Source: Aplysia californica (Eukaryota). Taken from it: a stretch of DNA of 64,000 bases. Made by a program: the position numbers and the translations under genes. Under the pieces are notes generated by a model. The model saw nothing but the letters and a program-made list of their open reading frames with translations. It did not search any database and was not told the DNA's origin. Below are positions 11,901 through 26,900 of the stretch, piece by piece. The DNA is taken from positions 17,737 to 81,736 of the forward strand of contig NW_004797517.1 in NCBI RefSeq assembly GCF_000002075.1, in the 5' to 3' direction. The number at the start of each line of letters is the position of its first letter. The first letter of the stretch is position 1.

Positions 11901-14900
11901 GAATGAGCGTGCATTGAATATCAAATAAAAGAAGAATATTATTGTCTCTGCAATGAACAGCATCTTCATATATTTTCAGACTGGAAAACAGCAGTTAAAA
12001 ATACCATGCAAAACCTGGACTTAACAATAACTGTCCTCATTAGTATGATTCTGTTTTTGTTTTGGAACTATTTGATTCATGTAGAGCAAGAAATCTTTGT
12101 TTGCACATGGACTGTTTTAGTTAGATTTTGGACATAATCATTTGTCACTGAAGAACAGTGGCCACAAAATTGCCATGGGTTTGGGTGGTCTTGGGTGGAA
12201 TGAACAATACTTCCCTCGTGACAATCACCGGATTGCTTGGTTTAGTGGACTACATCGTGCGTGTGCTGAAACGTCTTGTCTTACCCTTATTTTCGTTATG
12301 GTGTCATTTAAGGCGATCGTCTGTCTATCCTGCATTTTGCAGACTGGACTTTGTTGTATGTTATTTTCGTTATTCCATGCACATGTAATATTCATGGCGC
12401 ACTGGCAGTGGAATTTTAGTTGCAGCGGGGGGGTTCCCCGCCGGGCGCCTATAAATCACGCCGGGGTCACGGGGGTCAGCTCCCCGTCGCCGCTCTGTCT
12501 GGGCCGACTTAATTTTTTGTACTTTTCAACGTACAATTTTTTTAGGTGTATCCTTGTATTTATAGTAATTCTCATTTAGTGCACCCAAAGCATGCATTTC
12601 TGCTCTTGAGACTCACAAAAGAACGGACGTTGTAACTTGTCTGGTTATTTCGTTAGACGCGCTGGAGTCGACAATGCTAAATTGTAGGGTTTTTTTTACT
12701 AGCGTGAATAAAAATAATCAATATAAAAAGAAGGCATCGACAAAATCTGTCGAACTTTTGGAACATGAACGACATAACATTGGTGCAGATACTCAGAAGA
12801 GGTGGTAGCTGCGCATATAATAGAAAGCCGTAAAGTAATTCCTCCAAATACAACTTTATGTGTCTTAATATAATCGTGAATATTGGCATATTTTCTCGAA
12901 AGTTTATAAAAGTTACCGTGAAGTTTCTCTATGAAAGGCACAAATCGATTTTAGTGCCAGAATACATCTTCAATGTAATACACGAATAGTATCTGTTACA
13001 CTCCAGAAATTCCTTACTTTTCTTAAAACGCTAAGTCTAGGTTTTGTAAGTTGAGTGAACAATAGGGATGACTTCTCGTAATTGGGTTATAAGAATAATT
13101 TCTAGCTTTCCAGGGACACTGAATCAGCACCAGACTTTTCCAGCTTTATTTTTCGTTTCTATGACCATTTGCAATAACTGACAATGTGACTATTTCATTA
13201 CATTCATAATTGTGTCCGCGCATATTTCCAACACAAAAACTAAGAATGAATGTGTTAGCTGTCATTATTTTTATTCCATACAGAAATTTATCTCTACCCA
13301 TGTATTTACACAGTTTTGTTGGGGGGTTTTTAATCGCTTTTTTATATTATATCTTTTTAGTTGCATGCAGGCTGCCACAAACACAGCATGATTCATGAAC
13401 AAACGCAGAGTAACTTTCTCTTGTTTAATAGTAAAGTAAGAGCTAGCGCTGATCGTCTTTAGTTAAAAAATGCCGATGTGCCTCTTTCTTCTCTTATAAC
13501 TTGACTATTACTACTCGTGCAGATTTAAGATTTCTCATGGTAAAAGACACGATATTCGTAGTCAGTTTAACACAGATTTTGGAGAGATCTGTCGTGCGTT
13601 TTTAAAATTAACAATCATTTATTCATAAGTTTGTAACTAAAATAGGACAAATTGTGTACTCTACAAACACTTGTCTAGAACAAAAACTAATCCACAGAAA
13701 TTCACCATTCTAACGCTGAATAAATCTCAAGACATTGAGCTTTTTGTACATCTGCGTAATGATTTGCTGTGTGGGATGGGAAAGAAGTTTATCGTTTTAA
13801 ACATCTAGTCAAAAATACGAACTTCCTAACCAACACCGGCAAAGTCGAATCAACAACAAAATTCAGATTCTTATGGAATCTCAACATACCATAGACTCTT
13901 CCTCAGCACGCAACATTATAAAAAAATAAAAGTCTTGGCTTGCGAAAGCCGGTGGGTCCGGTGAGCCAAGCAAACAAACCCCCACAGGTAAAAAGCCGTT
14001 CTGGAGCAACGACGCACAGAAGATCACAGATCTGAATCTCTTTGAAGCACCACTTTCTAAAACAATCAAAACCAAAAGAGATCGACAACACCTAATCTAC
14101 CCAAACAAGGAAAATGAACAAAGATGAGTTAGCTTTCAGAGGTAATATTATAGTGGTGGCAAGCCAATGTCGATACATGATAGTTTACCTTGCTGTGACG
14201 GGCTGTGCCTGTGCATTTGTCATGATTGAAAGATCTCAGAAGAGCAAAAGTGTACAAGAGAAAGAGGTTAGTTATGAATTTTTTTAGGAAGAAAAGAAGA
14301 AATGAAATGGGAAGTATCCCTCCTGGACACTCCCACCGCCCTGTAAAAAGGCTCCCACCTCTGGCATTGGCATTATTATGTAACATTTTCAGATATATTT
14401 TTTTAGTGCCCATTTATGTTCCTGTGAGAGGTGGCGACACATTTTTAAAAAATCTTGTCTTCCTCGCCTGACACTTTTCATTTTGTTTTACACTTGCACG
14501 CTGTTTTCCTCATTTGATACACTCTGTAGAATTTAACATTTATTACAGCTGTCGCACAACTGTGTCTCTCTTTTTTCCAAATTTTGGTACCCCAGAGTTT
14601 TTGTTGAGTTGTTAAGTTCATACCTATATTATTTTGGTACAGAAGGTTTGAAAGGTTAAGATGATACCAATAACTCCACATGTTCAAAAATTGATGAGTG
14701 CCTGATTCCTTAGTGTTGTGACACAAATAACACTGTGAATTATTTTTTAATCCAGCTGGAGCAGTAAAGCTGAACAAGCAAGCTGCTGATATAGCAATCA
14801 ACTGGGCTGGAGGACTCCATCACGCAAAAAAATCTGAGGCATCTGGCTTCTGCTATGTCAATGATATTGTTCTCGGAATCCTGGAGCTACTGAAGTGAGT

Positions 14901-17900
14901 TAAAGTTTTAATAATGTGTATATCCACGCCTATGGTTATGATTTAGCTGAAGCTAGCTTCCTTAGCCCCATGAAATTAAGTTTTCTTTCCTGTTTACTTT
15001 GAAACAAGAGCTGCCTAAATACAGATTTTTCCGGTAGTTACTGATTTTTGGCCTGTTCCACCGCCATACCGATAAAGGTGTCAAAACTACCGGATTTGCG
15101 ATGGGCGCAGAGAGTAGAAGTTTTTAAAAAGCCTGTCCCCTGGAAAATTGAGAAGCCGGTTTAGCAGTCACCCTATGTTCTTCTGTAAAATCCACACAGA
15201 AATGTGTTCTTTAAGGGGATGAAAGCCCAAAAACAAATATTCCCAAGTTTGCCGAAAAAAATGCCAATTTCTTGACTTTATTTTATACATTTAATTTAAG
15301 CCAACGAATCCTTTATTTCTTGATAAAATCACATAGTTTTGGGGGCATTTGATGCAGAGATGGGTGTGCTTTGGCTTTCTAGAAATGAAAATACAAAGAT
15401 GTCTCCCTTTTTTCCCTCTTTTTTAGGTTTGCTGGAAAGTGACAGAAGTCACATGTATTTTGTGGGTGGTTGGCGGGTGCTCTGGTGTTGTTTGCTCCTT
15501 CTTTCCTATCAAATATATCTATCATCCTAATTTTTCTTCTTTTTAGTGTTTGTTACTCTCTTTTAAGGCCTCTAATCTTCAACACTTTTATGTGACCTTA
15601 TTGTGTTGCAAGTGCAGTAAAACTCTTACTAAAAAGACCCCCACACTTATTTTTGTTAATGGTAACACATTGAAGTCACAGTATGCAAATGAGATTTTAA
15701 GAATAAAGATTTGCATGTCACAGTAAAGGAAATTCAATTACCTTTACAATGGTACAATATTGCGACAGTGTAATATATCAACAAAATATAGGAGGAATGA
15801 TCTCCTTTTAGACTTTGTATCCTGGTACAGGTGGACAAAGGTTTTGCACACTGGGTGGATGGAAAATGTTAAATAAATCAAACAGATTTGCCCATCGTTG
15901 CATTGCCAGCAAGGGAAAGATATCATATTGAAGGAAATTTCAAACAAGACACAATCTTTGTGAAAAAATGGAGACATTTTTGGTTGTTGGCATCAATTGC
16001 CATTTTCAACCTTAAAAAAAGAACACAATTTCAATTTCTTCGCCTCCTGAACCCCCACTGGGGCGCTGTTCCTGGACCTTGCTGGGGGCCTATGCAGCCA
16101 CCAGACCCCTGGCAAAGACTTTTCCTTCCTTTTAAAAAAAAAATTTCCTGTTAAAAGCACTGGTTTTGATGGCAACATTTCTCAGCATTTATTGGTGGTG
16201 GTGGTGGAGGGCATTTTGTTTCAATTGAGAATTTTTTAGTCACAACATTTTATATTTTGATAGGCTTCATGATTGTGCAAAATGCAGCGAATTAGGAATG
16301 TTTTGCTTTTAAGTTGAGCTGATGGCTAACCCTGCCAACATCCCAGTCTCCTTTTTTTATTAGTGGGTGGCTGGCGGGTCCTCTGGTGTGGTTTGCCTCT
16401 TCTTTCCTGTCAAACATGTATGGTCCTTATCTCCCTTTCTTCTTTTTTATGTTTGTTACTCTCTTGTAACACCTAATCTCCTGGCGCTCATATGACCTTA
16501 TGCAGTTGCAAGCGGCGTAAAACCTCTACTAAAACTAAAACTAACTTTTTTAAATTAAAAAATATTTCTAGGTACCATCAAAGGGTGCTCTATGTAGACA
16601 TTGACATTCATCATGGTGATGGTGTGGAGGAAGCTTTCTACACTACTGATAGAGTCATGACAGTGTCTTTCCACAAGTATGGAGAATACTTTCCTGGTAC
16701 AGGCGACCTCAGAGTAAGTGTTATTTTCTGTCTCCGTTGTGATGACACAAGTATTGAAAGTATGAGTATGTGTTACATTTTTGCTTCATTCTTTTTCTAT
16801 ATTCTGTTATATTTTATGGGGGGGGGGGGGGGGTTAACTCACTCACTGCCAGATCCGGGGAATTTCACCTCCTTTCCTGCTTGCTCTCTAGCAATGTTCT
16901 GTCATCTGCTTTTCGTCTCCTCTTTCTGCCCTCACCTCCTTGCGCCCTCCTCTGGGCTCCTGACTTTCTGCAGCCTTTCTACTGCTACTCCTAGGCTCCT
17001 TACTGCTGTCTTTCAGCCACACCCCTGATCTTCTGGTAGGAAAGATCTACACCTAGCCTTCAAGGACAAGGGCGAAAAATCTCGGAGGGCCCGTGTGCAA
17101 GTTGTGCACGTTAAAGATCCCCTTTGTGGTTTATAATCGCCACCCGGGCAATATTCAAAATTTTCTACCAACTGAAAAAGTTTGTCCTGCGCGCTTATAA
17201 TATGACCTTATGCAGTGCGAGCGGACTTTACCTCCCCCCCCCCCCCCCCCCCCCCCCCCCGTACCAAATAAATATCAAAAGTTACATTTAATTTTTTTTT
17301 CAAAATTTTGAGTAATTAAAGTTAAAAACTTCAAAATATATTTTATTAATGTTTCATGCCTTTTTGAATATCAAGTTTCATTGATATGTGGTGAATAAGC
17401 CCACGATGATTTTTTAAAATAGATGTCAAAACTGCCGGCATTCTTCGAATGGTGAGCCAAATAGTGTCTGGCAACGAGTGAGTTTTCATTGAAGATTGCA
17501 AACAAAACTAAGCTTACAGTAATAGGTTGTGGCTCTCGAACTGATGTTAAAACATCAGATGAAAGTAAAAGACCTGATGCTGGCTATATATGAATTTTTG
17601 AGAATCACATCGATGTATTTCTACATGTTTGGGAATGTCATATTTCATTTCAAATGTTGACAACATTCTAATAATTTGTGTTAAAGCAGTTGCATTAAAG
17701 CAATGACTTTTTATTATGAACACCCCTGGTAACTGCTTTCAGGATATTGGAGCTGGAAAAGGGAAATATTATGCTGTCAACTTTCCTCTCCGTGATGGAA
17801 TTGATGATGAGTCGTATGAAAGTATTTTCAAGCCGGTATGTATTCATTGTGAAATTTCTTTTTTTTAAGGTAAGATAAATCTTTGTTGTTCGGGTGTTGC

Positions 17901-20900
17901 CATATTTGTTTTTGGTATTTCACCACACACACGCCCACACATGCACGCATGTGCACTCCCATACACACATACTCTCACACATCCTTCCTTCCACATACTC
18001 TCTTCCACAAACATCTACACATACGGTTGGGCACAGGTGACATGAACATGCAAATCTCAAAAACACAGATTACTTGTAGAAACCATTCCGGAACTAAATT
18101 GCTATATTTACTTTGTATTATCAACACTTTTCTCAAACACCTATATTTATATGTTGAACAGCTGGTCTTAACTAACTAGATCAAGTCTTTCCTCTTATTC
18201 AAATTGCCCTGTGCACATGATGGAAAACAACACCCATAGTTATAGAAAATGGTAAGTTACATGGGTACATCAGGTTTTCCCTTGTAGAATTTGGTATAGT
18301 CAGTTCAGGGGAAATTTCAAATTGCTTGGATATTTTCAAAAATAGGCTTTAAAAAAAGGTCCTGCCCTCCAGATAATGGTGCTTTTTGAATTGTGTAAAT
18401 ATTGAGTCTTTCAAAAGTTACAAACATTTTTGCGATTCACCTTGATTTGGCCCATTTTTGCCCTGATTTTTGTGCCCAAATTAGGTATTAGGACGTATTA
18501 TACATCAAAATGTTATTATTTCGATAACCGTCCTACAGATTTCAGTGCTTCCAATCTTTCGTATTTTTTGGGGGAAATCCATACTTTCTGACAGTTCCGT
18601 ACTTGGTCCCCCATCATTATCAAGTCCATCCTTTAAAAAGTGCGACAGCATGGGGCTACAGAAATTCTGTAGCGAAGGATCCGTACTCACGTTCTGTAGC
18701 AAAGGATCCGTACTGACGTTCGTATCGTCTTGTATATGGTCTGGATATTTATGGTGATTCTCTCAGCAATCAGTTAATGTTGTAGAAAGCTGCCAGATTG
18801 TGCATTTCCTGCTAGGCCCCTACGCATTCATTGCTGGTTGGTCGGCAATAGATTTTTTACCTGCAGATTGATCAAAATCTGGCTAGCCATGGTCGAAAAC
18901 TTGTGTCATTTTCTTCCGTCCTTTCATTCACTTTTTGTTGCTGCTGCTGGAAAGTCTGCGAGTTCATCAAGTAAACTGACTTGCGATTCTAGACAGAAAA
19001 TCACTATCAGAAAGAATCTTTTTGTGCAAATCTAGAGAAATCGTCAGTGCGATGATTCTTCGGAAATGTGATATGGGCTAAGATAAATGAAATGTGTGCT
19101 AAAACGACTAAAATCAAGAATAATAAATAATTCGAAGTGGTGTTCCGAGGTTGTGACAGTCAACTTTCAAACATGGTCTAGCATCATTTTCTTCTCACTC
19201 CTGTTATCTTGAAAGTTTTTATTGGTGGTTACTGTATGCAAATACAGCTTATATATATTTTGTCTTTTAATATTGATTTAATATGGAATTTCCAGGTCAT
19301 TACAAGAGTGATGGAGATGTACCAGCCAAGTGCCATTGTGTTGCAGTGTGGTGCTGATTCCCTTTCAGGAGATAGGCTCGGTTGTTTTAACCTTACTCTG
19401 AAAGGTAAATTAATTTCTCTGAAAATTTGTCTTAGCAGTAACCAATGGTCAAAATTCATGACGTTTGAAGTACAAAAGTACAATTTCAGACATTAATACT
19501 TTGTAAGCTTCCTTGGTCCATAGCTGTTTGCGGCGGGCCATGCAGGCAATTTCCTCAGTAGCAGGTCCAGGGTTCTCATCCAGGAAGCCCTCCCAAGGAG
19601 CGGTAACTGTGATGACGGACAAGACATCGTAGCCACATACCATCGAGCACTACTGTCTTTGAACTGCACTTAATAGTAATAATTAATAATAAATAGCTCA
19701 TGTCCCCGCTCGACAGCAAGCCTTATGCGCTTTATACTATATTATTTTAATACAAGTACAAGGTACCAGCATTTACAGGAGTTGAAATCAGTAATTCCGG
19801 CTGAGACCTGGCCGTTTATCCCACCTTACAGTATTGATTTGTAAACATAATTGGTATACTGATTTGTCTACCAGCAAACAACGCTTTTAATGTAATAATG
19901 AATCACAGTGCATGATGGCTTAGTTCATTTTACAAGCATAAAAAAGGGATCGCAAAATAGATCCAGCCAATCATCTCATTATTAATCATCTTTTCACTAG
20001 ATGATTCATGTCAACCAATAGATAATACTTTTACCTTCTTTTTGTATCAGATTTGAAGTGTACATTTAGATTTTAAAAGATTGGAAGTTTTCTTTCTCTC
20101 TCCTTTAAAATTTTGCTTTTAGGGCTTGTGACATTTTAACATCTGGCTGACTATTTGCTTAGAATGTATTTGATTGTCTACAGGCCATGGGAAGTGTGTT
20201 GAATTCATCAAGAAATGGAACCTTCCGGTGCTGCTGTTGGGTGGAGGTGGCTATACTATTCGCAATGTTGCTCGCTGTTGGACCTACGAGACTTCCATAG
20301 CTCTGAATTGTGATGTTGCAAATGGTGAGATAGTTCTCTTTTATTTGTTTATTCTGTCAACATTTTTGCAGTTGGAAGTCAAAATGAGCTGAATATATTT
20401 TTCTTATATATGGCACGTATTGAACCAATTTTTATTTAGGAACATTTTATGATAAAGCCATTTATGCTGGGAAGACATTTGAAGATCACCCAGACCATTG
20501 TCAGAGCATATCGTAGAAATTCTTCGTTGTAACTGCAGATATGAACATAATTATATAGCAGTGACAATGAAAAATTAAATTTTTTATCCAAATTTCTTCG
20601 AAACAAGCGTAACCGTATCCGTACGTCGTGTTTTACTATCGTATCAATGTATTCTGATTGGTCACTCGAAATACATCTTTGAGAGAAGATTTTGATATGT
20701 GTAAGGGTGACAGTGTACGTAATGTTTAATTAGATCTGAGATGCGCAAAAGCATGAATGCTGTAAAACTTTATATAGACCTTCTTAAAGATTACTCTAAG
20801 GTATCGAATAAGCCCCCCTTCCCCCGCGCACACATTTATCAATTTTCAGGGGCTTTTGCAACACCCCCCCCCCCGTTTATTATTTTCCAGATTGCCATGG

Positions 20901-23900
20901 TTGACGATCATGTGAAACTTAATATCTAGAATCTAGATCTAGGCTTTTCTCGCATATCAGTGCTTCCTATCTTCCGTATTTTTACGGAATTCTGACAGTT
21001 CTGTACTTGTCCCCCCCACCCATCATTATCAACTCCATCCTTAAAAAAGTGCGATAGCGCAGGGCTACCGAAATTCCAGGGTAAAGGATCCGTACTCAAC
21101 ATCGTATCGTCTTGTTGCGGATATTTATGGTAATTCTGTTGGCGATAGGTTAATGTTTTAAAAACCTGCCAGACCCGGGAGTGAGAAAATCTGAACTGCC
21201 CCGCGAATATTTGAAAACCAAATAGACGCGTTATTAGACACCTTTATTCCTACCCCACTTTTATTTAATTACCATAGAGTAGTAAAGTAATCAACTGCGC
21301 TTGAAGAACTTGTAACATACTTTTTCAACTAATCACAAGAGAAAGGTCTGATGTCATCCATGTATTTACGGAGCTGTAATAGATGACAGGCAGTCGACAT
21401 GGGTCGCTTGAAATTGGAAAACCATGTGGCTGAGAGCTTGTCCCTATGACTAGATCTATTACGGACAGTTTCCTTGTATCTGGTCAGGACATTTTATAGT
21501 GCATATCAGTACGGTGAATCCGTTCCCCCTCCAAGTCCACTCAACACCTTTGTATTCACAATTCATAACCGCAGTCGGAGAATTCTTCAAAAAACAGTCA
21601 CTGTCCTCACATAATCGGCCAAAAGGACCCATCACCCCCAAGGGCGGTCACTACAATATCAAGGAAATGAGATAATTGCGTCCCTTCTGTCCTTTGCACA
21701 GGTTCATGTAAACGCACACTCCGCATAAACACAATCTTAGAGGCCTTCCCGAGCATCGTGCGTTTAGGTGGAAACTAATGTTTGCCTGAAAATTTGTTGA
21801 ATTGCACAACATTGCTTGAACTGCTACCAACAGGGGGAACGGGCTTGCTAAGTGTTATAAAACTTCATAAGTTTCATCTTTGATTAAAAGACTACTTTGG
21901 TCTAATTTTGAACATGCTGGGCAGAAATCAGCTCAGGGTAGAATTGGGTCAGGCTGGCTAAATCAGCATCCTCGAGTAATAAACAGTTTGCTGTTACTAC
22001 TTGCAAACGAACGGACAGGTAACAGACCATCCACTTGTGAAGATTCGTTCGCAACTCGCTTCACATCAGACACAAACGGTTTATTTGGCACTGTATAAAG
22101 AGCTTTTTATGGAACTCAATTTTTTGCAGCTTGCGTCATTTATTAGAAAGTAGAAATTGATCATTATATTTGACTATGGTTGAGTTAGATTTGAAATAAA
22201 CCGTCAGAAGTTCAGGGCTCATTGAGAGAAAAAATGACTTCTATCCAGATTACATGTTTTTGTTGTTTTTTTTTCTGCTCCTCAGAACTGCCATACAATG
22301 ATTATTTTGAATATTATGGACCAGACTTCAAGCTTCACATAAGCCCGTCAAATATGGCGAACCAGAACACTCCAGAATACATGGACAAAATCAAGTATGT
22401 TTTTGAGTTTTGGTGATTTTAAATTCATTTTGTCCTTGAAACAAAAAATTTGTTAATTTTAGTAGATTTCAATTCGAGCAGAAACTAGAAAAATTCTCAT
22501 ACTTCTTTCTAAAGATGAGGATAATGGAAAAATAAAATGAACTTCTGCAAGTATAAGTGCAAGAGGTTTTTTGTTGTTGTTGTTGTGGTTTCCCTTCCCA
22601 TTTCACTTTTTTTGTTGTTGTATCTTTCATTTTGAGGTGGCTGAGCATTTTGTCTCGAAACTTCACATATATGAGCCTTTCCTAAAACCTCGGTACAGAA
22701 AGGGGGACACGAGGCATACAAATTCATAATGAGGCAACAGCGTCAAAATAATGGAGTTTCACAAGCTTTTATTATGTATTTTCAGAAAACAATACTGTCC
22801 GGGAAACTGACACCTCCATTAACAAAATTTCAAACACAATTCTTTAATGTTTGTCAATCTTATGGACATAACTCTCACAACATAAGTGTCACATCTCACA
22901 TGAGAATAATGGCAGTTGTCTTTAAATTCAGCCAAATTCAGTGCGCCTTTCAGGTACAAACGTGGTATTTGAACTCATAATTCCTTTTTCAAGATTACTA
23001 CATTCGCTAAGTAGATTCTTATGTCGTGAGAGTTATACCCATAAGACAGAATAATATTATAACATTTTTCCAGCTCTGATTTCTCATGAGCTCAACTTAT
23101 ATCACCTATATTAAGGAAAACACCTCAAATGGGGTATATGGGTAAAAAAAAAAGAGGGCTATTTCTCCCCACCCCCCCAAAAAAAACAACATAAAAAGAA
23201 GTCTTAAATATGATCTTATGGACATAACTCACGACAAAAAAAAAACAACCAACGTACTATTTTATCAACACCAAACTAAATAGTATCAATGGGACAAGTC
23301 ACATCGTTCTCCCTTTATTGATTATCTGTGCACTTTCTCTTCCTGCAGTAAGTCTAGTACTGTTTGTATCCTCCACTTGCATTTTTAATGGACTTCTCTG
23401 ATCACAACAGAAAGTTCTGCATGATCAAAGAAGGCAACATAGATAAAACTGAATCAAAATTTTCTTTTAAATAAGCATGAATTCCACAATTTTTATTTAT
23501 GTAGATCTTATGTAGGCCTACGGTAATTAACATGAAAATTACTGTGAAGAACTATTTCTCAGTCTAGATATTTAACACCTGGGTTTTATAAACAAATGGA
23601 AAATAAAGGTAAATTTTCTGTAAATCTGGATCTTACGATGAATGCAGCAAGACATGATCTCTCACTACTTTACCAAGTGTGGGATCTAACACTTAAAACA
23701 AGAACACCGGAGAAGGTGTACAACTCATAAAGACCATGTCGTGAAAAACCAAAATGTCTCTCCCAATTCAAAGTCATTAGGCCAGCAAGTCACATTTTTG
23801 GCAAAGAAAAAAAATAAGTGCATGGCTATTTTTGTCATCCAACAATCACAAAAGTTAGACAAATCATGATTAAAGCATGTAAATTACATAAAATGTGAAC

Positions 23901-26900
23901 CGCAAAATATCTTATGGAAATAACCTCTTGTAAATCATTCACGACAAGACATACTGCGGGATAAGTTGAAGTCACATGCCTGTGATACTGCATCAATCCA
24001 TAGGATGGTGTATAAACTTCCGGTGCAACCCAAAAGTGACCGCAAATCGTCACTGTGCTTCCGAAAATCGGTGCATCTTACTGAAATAACTTTCTCATGA
24101 CAAACAATGCGGGCCATTATAAGGTATCATTTCCCTTGCTTTTTTGCATGAAAATACGACTTCTACCTGCTGGAATGCCTTTGCCAATACCAGAGCTTAG
24201 CCAAAGCAATGGAAATTCTTATTCCAATCCTTTTATGCGTGAAAAAGATGGTTGAACGTGTAAGAGTATTTTCATGACAAGGTCAAAAGTTAAGACTGGG
24301 GAGTCAAAATTCAGTCGCATCCTACTCAGCTTACAGTTTATATAAATGGACAAATTAACCTTGACTTTCCGTTTTCCATCACAAATCAACACTTTTTATC
24401 TACTTGTTCTTCATTTTTTTCTTACAATGAGAAACAAAACACTCTATAAAAAGTGTCCCCTTTTAGTTGCATAAAATACTGCTAAAAATAGAAATATTTT
24501 CTTCATTACAAAAAAAAAAAAAACTACTTTCCCCATCTATCTAAATGTTCTCCCAGTTTATCAATGGTATTCACTGGATGTATTGACACCAAATATAATT
24601 TGATTTCCATTCTCTTTCTCCCTGAATACATCTACAAAGAGAACAGTACTTCCGAAAGACGAACTTTTAGGAAAGACTCATATATGTCATGTATGTGTGC
24701 ATAGCGATACACATTTTTCAAAGATATAATCTTACAGAGCTTCGTCAGTCTTTGAATGGGAAAATTGCTTTTCATTCCAGGTGGTGATGTGAATACTACA
24801 TACATGTATATAATTGGACAGCCTACAACACTCTTAAGTTTGACACCCTCTTTGCATTGAGCCCTTGTGGTTGCTCAGTTCCATGTTGCTCTTAGAAAAA
24901 CATTAGACTAAACACTTTTCCATCATATTTTGGGGAAAATCCAAAGAAACTGAGTGGTAAACATCGCCAATCGGCGAGATGAGGTGGCAAAGTGTTAAGA
25001 AGTGGCATAGGCAGGAGTAAGGCAAATGTTAGGTTCACAAGGTGCTAGAAAATGTCATCCCTTTTGTGTTGTGAGTGACAGCCTTGGCCATCGAGAGGGT
25101 TTTTAAAAAAAATTGTTGTTTATTAATGGATTATTGTTTGAAATGGTGTGTGTGTGGCATAGTGTGTTGAAATGCACATTCAGGATTGCAGGCTTGTGGT
25201 GTATTATGTATTTCCAATGGTTTCTTTCATTTTTACAAGCAGTAACACCTCCCACCCCCACCCACCCTCCAAAGAGCTCGCCAAGTCTTCTTTTTCATCA
25301 AGAATTTGTTTACGTTACATTTATACTTGACTACAACCCCTGTACTTGACACCCCAAGATATACTATCCAAGGCCATATTACCAATTTATTAGCCAAATG
25401 ACTATTTTATTGGTTGATTACTGAAAGTGATATGTACTGGTAGATGGGCAGCCTGGTAAAATGCAAGTTCTGTTATTTATTTTTGCTGGCAACCCACCCA
25501 ATTCACGGCGCTCATGGTGGCTTTGATTTTTTAAGTACATGGTCATATTTCCATTCACAGAACCCGCCTGTTTGATAATTTGCGAATGCTTCCGCATGCT
25601 CCTGGCGTTCAAATGCAAGGTATGAATAAAAAGTTATTTTCATTTTCATTTTTTTTTCCTGGTCTGAAATAAATAGAGTAAAATTTGATTTGTACTCAAT
25701 CATTTATTTTTGTTCCGAATTTTCTGGACACTAAAATTGAATGGAATATTTTTGACATTTGCTTCCAGTTTATTTGTTTATCTGTTTTCTAAATTCCTTG
25801 GCTATCTTGTATTTTCACACTTTGTTCATGTTTTTTTTTTCTTCTGCTTTTTAAAGCCATCCCTGAAGATGCATTGCATGATGAAAGTGATGAGGACGAC
25901 AAGGTCAACCCTGATCAAAGAATTTCGAGTGAGTATGAAAACATTTGTGTTTTCAAATTATGATTTATGTAGCAATTCCAATCGCCAGCTGGGCTTTGGG
26001 CCAGAAATGGGGCTCCGCATAATTATTGGGCCGGTCGGGATTAGAGGTAGCTCTTTTCTAAGTGTAATTCGGGAAAACTCGTGGACAAAGTTTTTCAACC
26101 AATGAGAGAAACAGCCAATTTTTATGTTTTAAAACAATTCTAAGCACAGCGGGTTTTTGTTCCCAAATTTTAAGGGACTTCTATTTAGAAAAATACTACC
26201 AAAAGGTGGGCGTTTCTAGGTGTGTTTTGGGGGAATATTGTTGAAAAAAATTGGAGAAGTATGTTAGGAATGAAACATGGCATCTTCATGTGATTTTAAG
26301 GGCAGAATCTTGTATCACTTTTTCAGTGTCTCATTACTTTGAAGCTTTAAAACTAATATTCAGGGGGCTCTCGTGGCCTAGAATAGATAGTCCGTTGCGA
26401 GAGAAAAATGAGCGAAGCCATGTTTACCCTGCAGGTCACTTAGTTAAATCCAAGCTTACTCTTTTATTCATCTGTTGAATCCGAGTTCATTTGATTAATT
26501 TTTTATGAATAAATGAAATGGGTAGTCCAACTCCCTTCGTAGAATCGAAGTTCTACTTTACGTTAATTTGTCAAAAACGTTTTTTTAAGTTTAGTTTTAA
26601 TAGAGGTTTTACGGTGCTCGCAAATGCATGAGGTCATAGGGGTGGATGTCAACAGAGAAGTCCTTACAGGGAATCAGGTTATCCCTGCTCACCCCTCTTG
26701 CTTCAACAGCACAAAGTCTGCTTCGACTATCAAGGCACCCCGGAAATAGCAGACAAAAGAAATAAAGGCAAATGACAATAGTAAGGATTAAGAAAGAAAA
26801 AGCAGCAGTTCCTTGTTGTAGTTCAGGCACAGTTATGAGCATGACATTGATGAATCAGCCCATTTCAAAATCGTTTGGTGGAGATCTAGTTTAATTTTTG

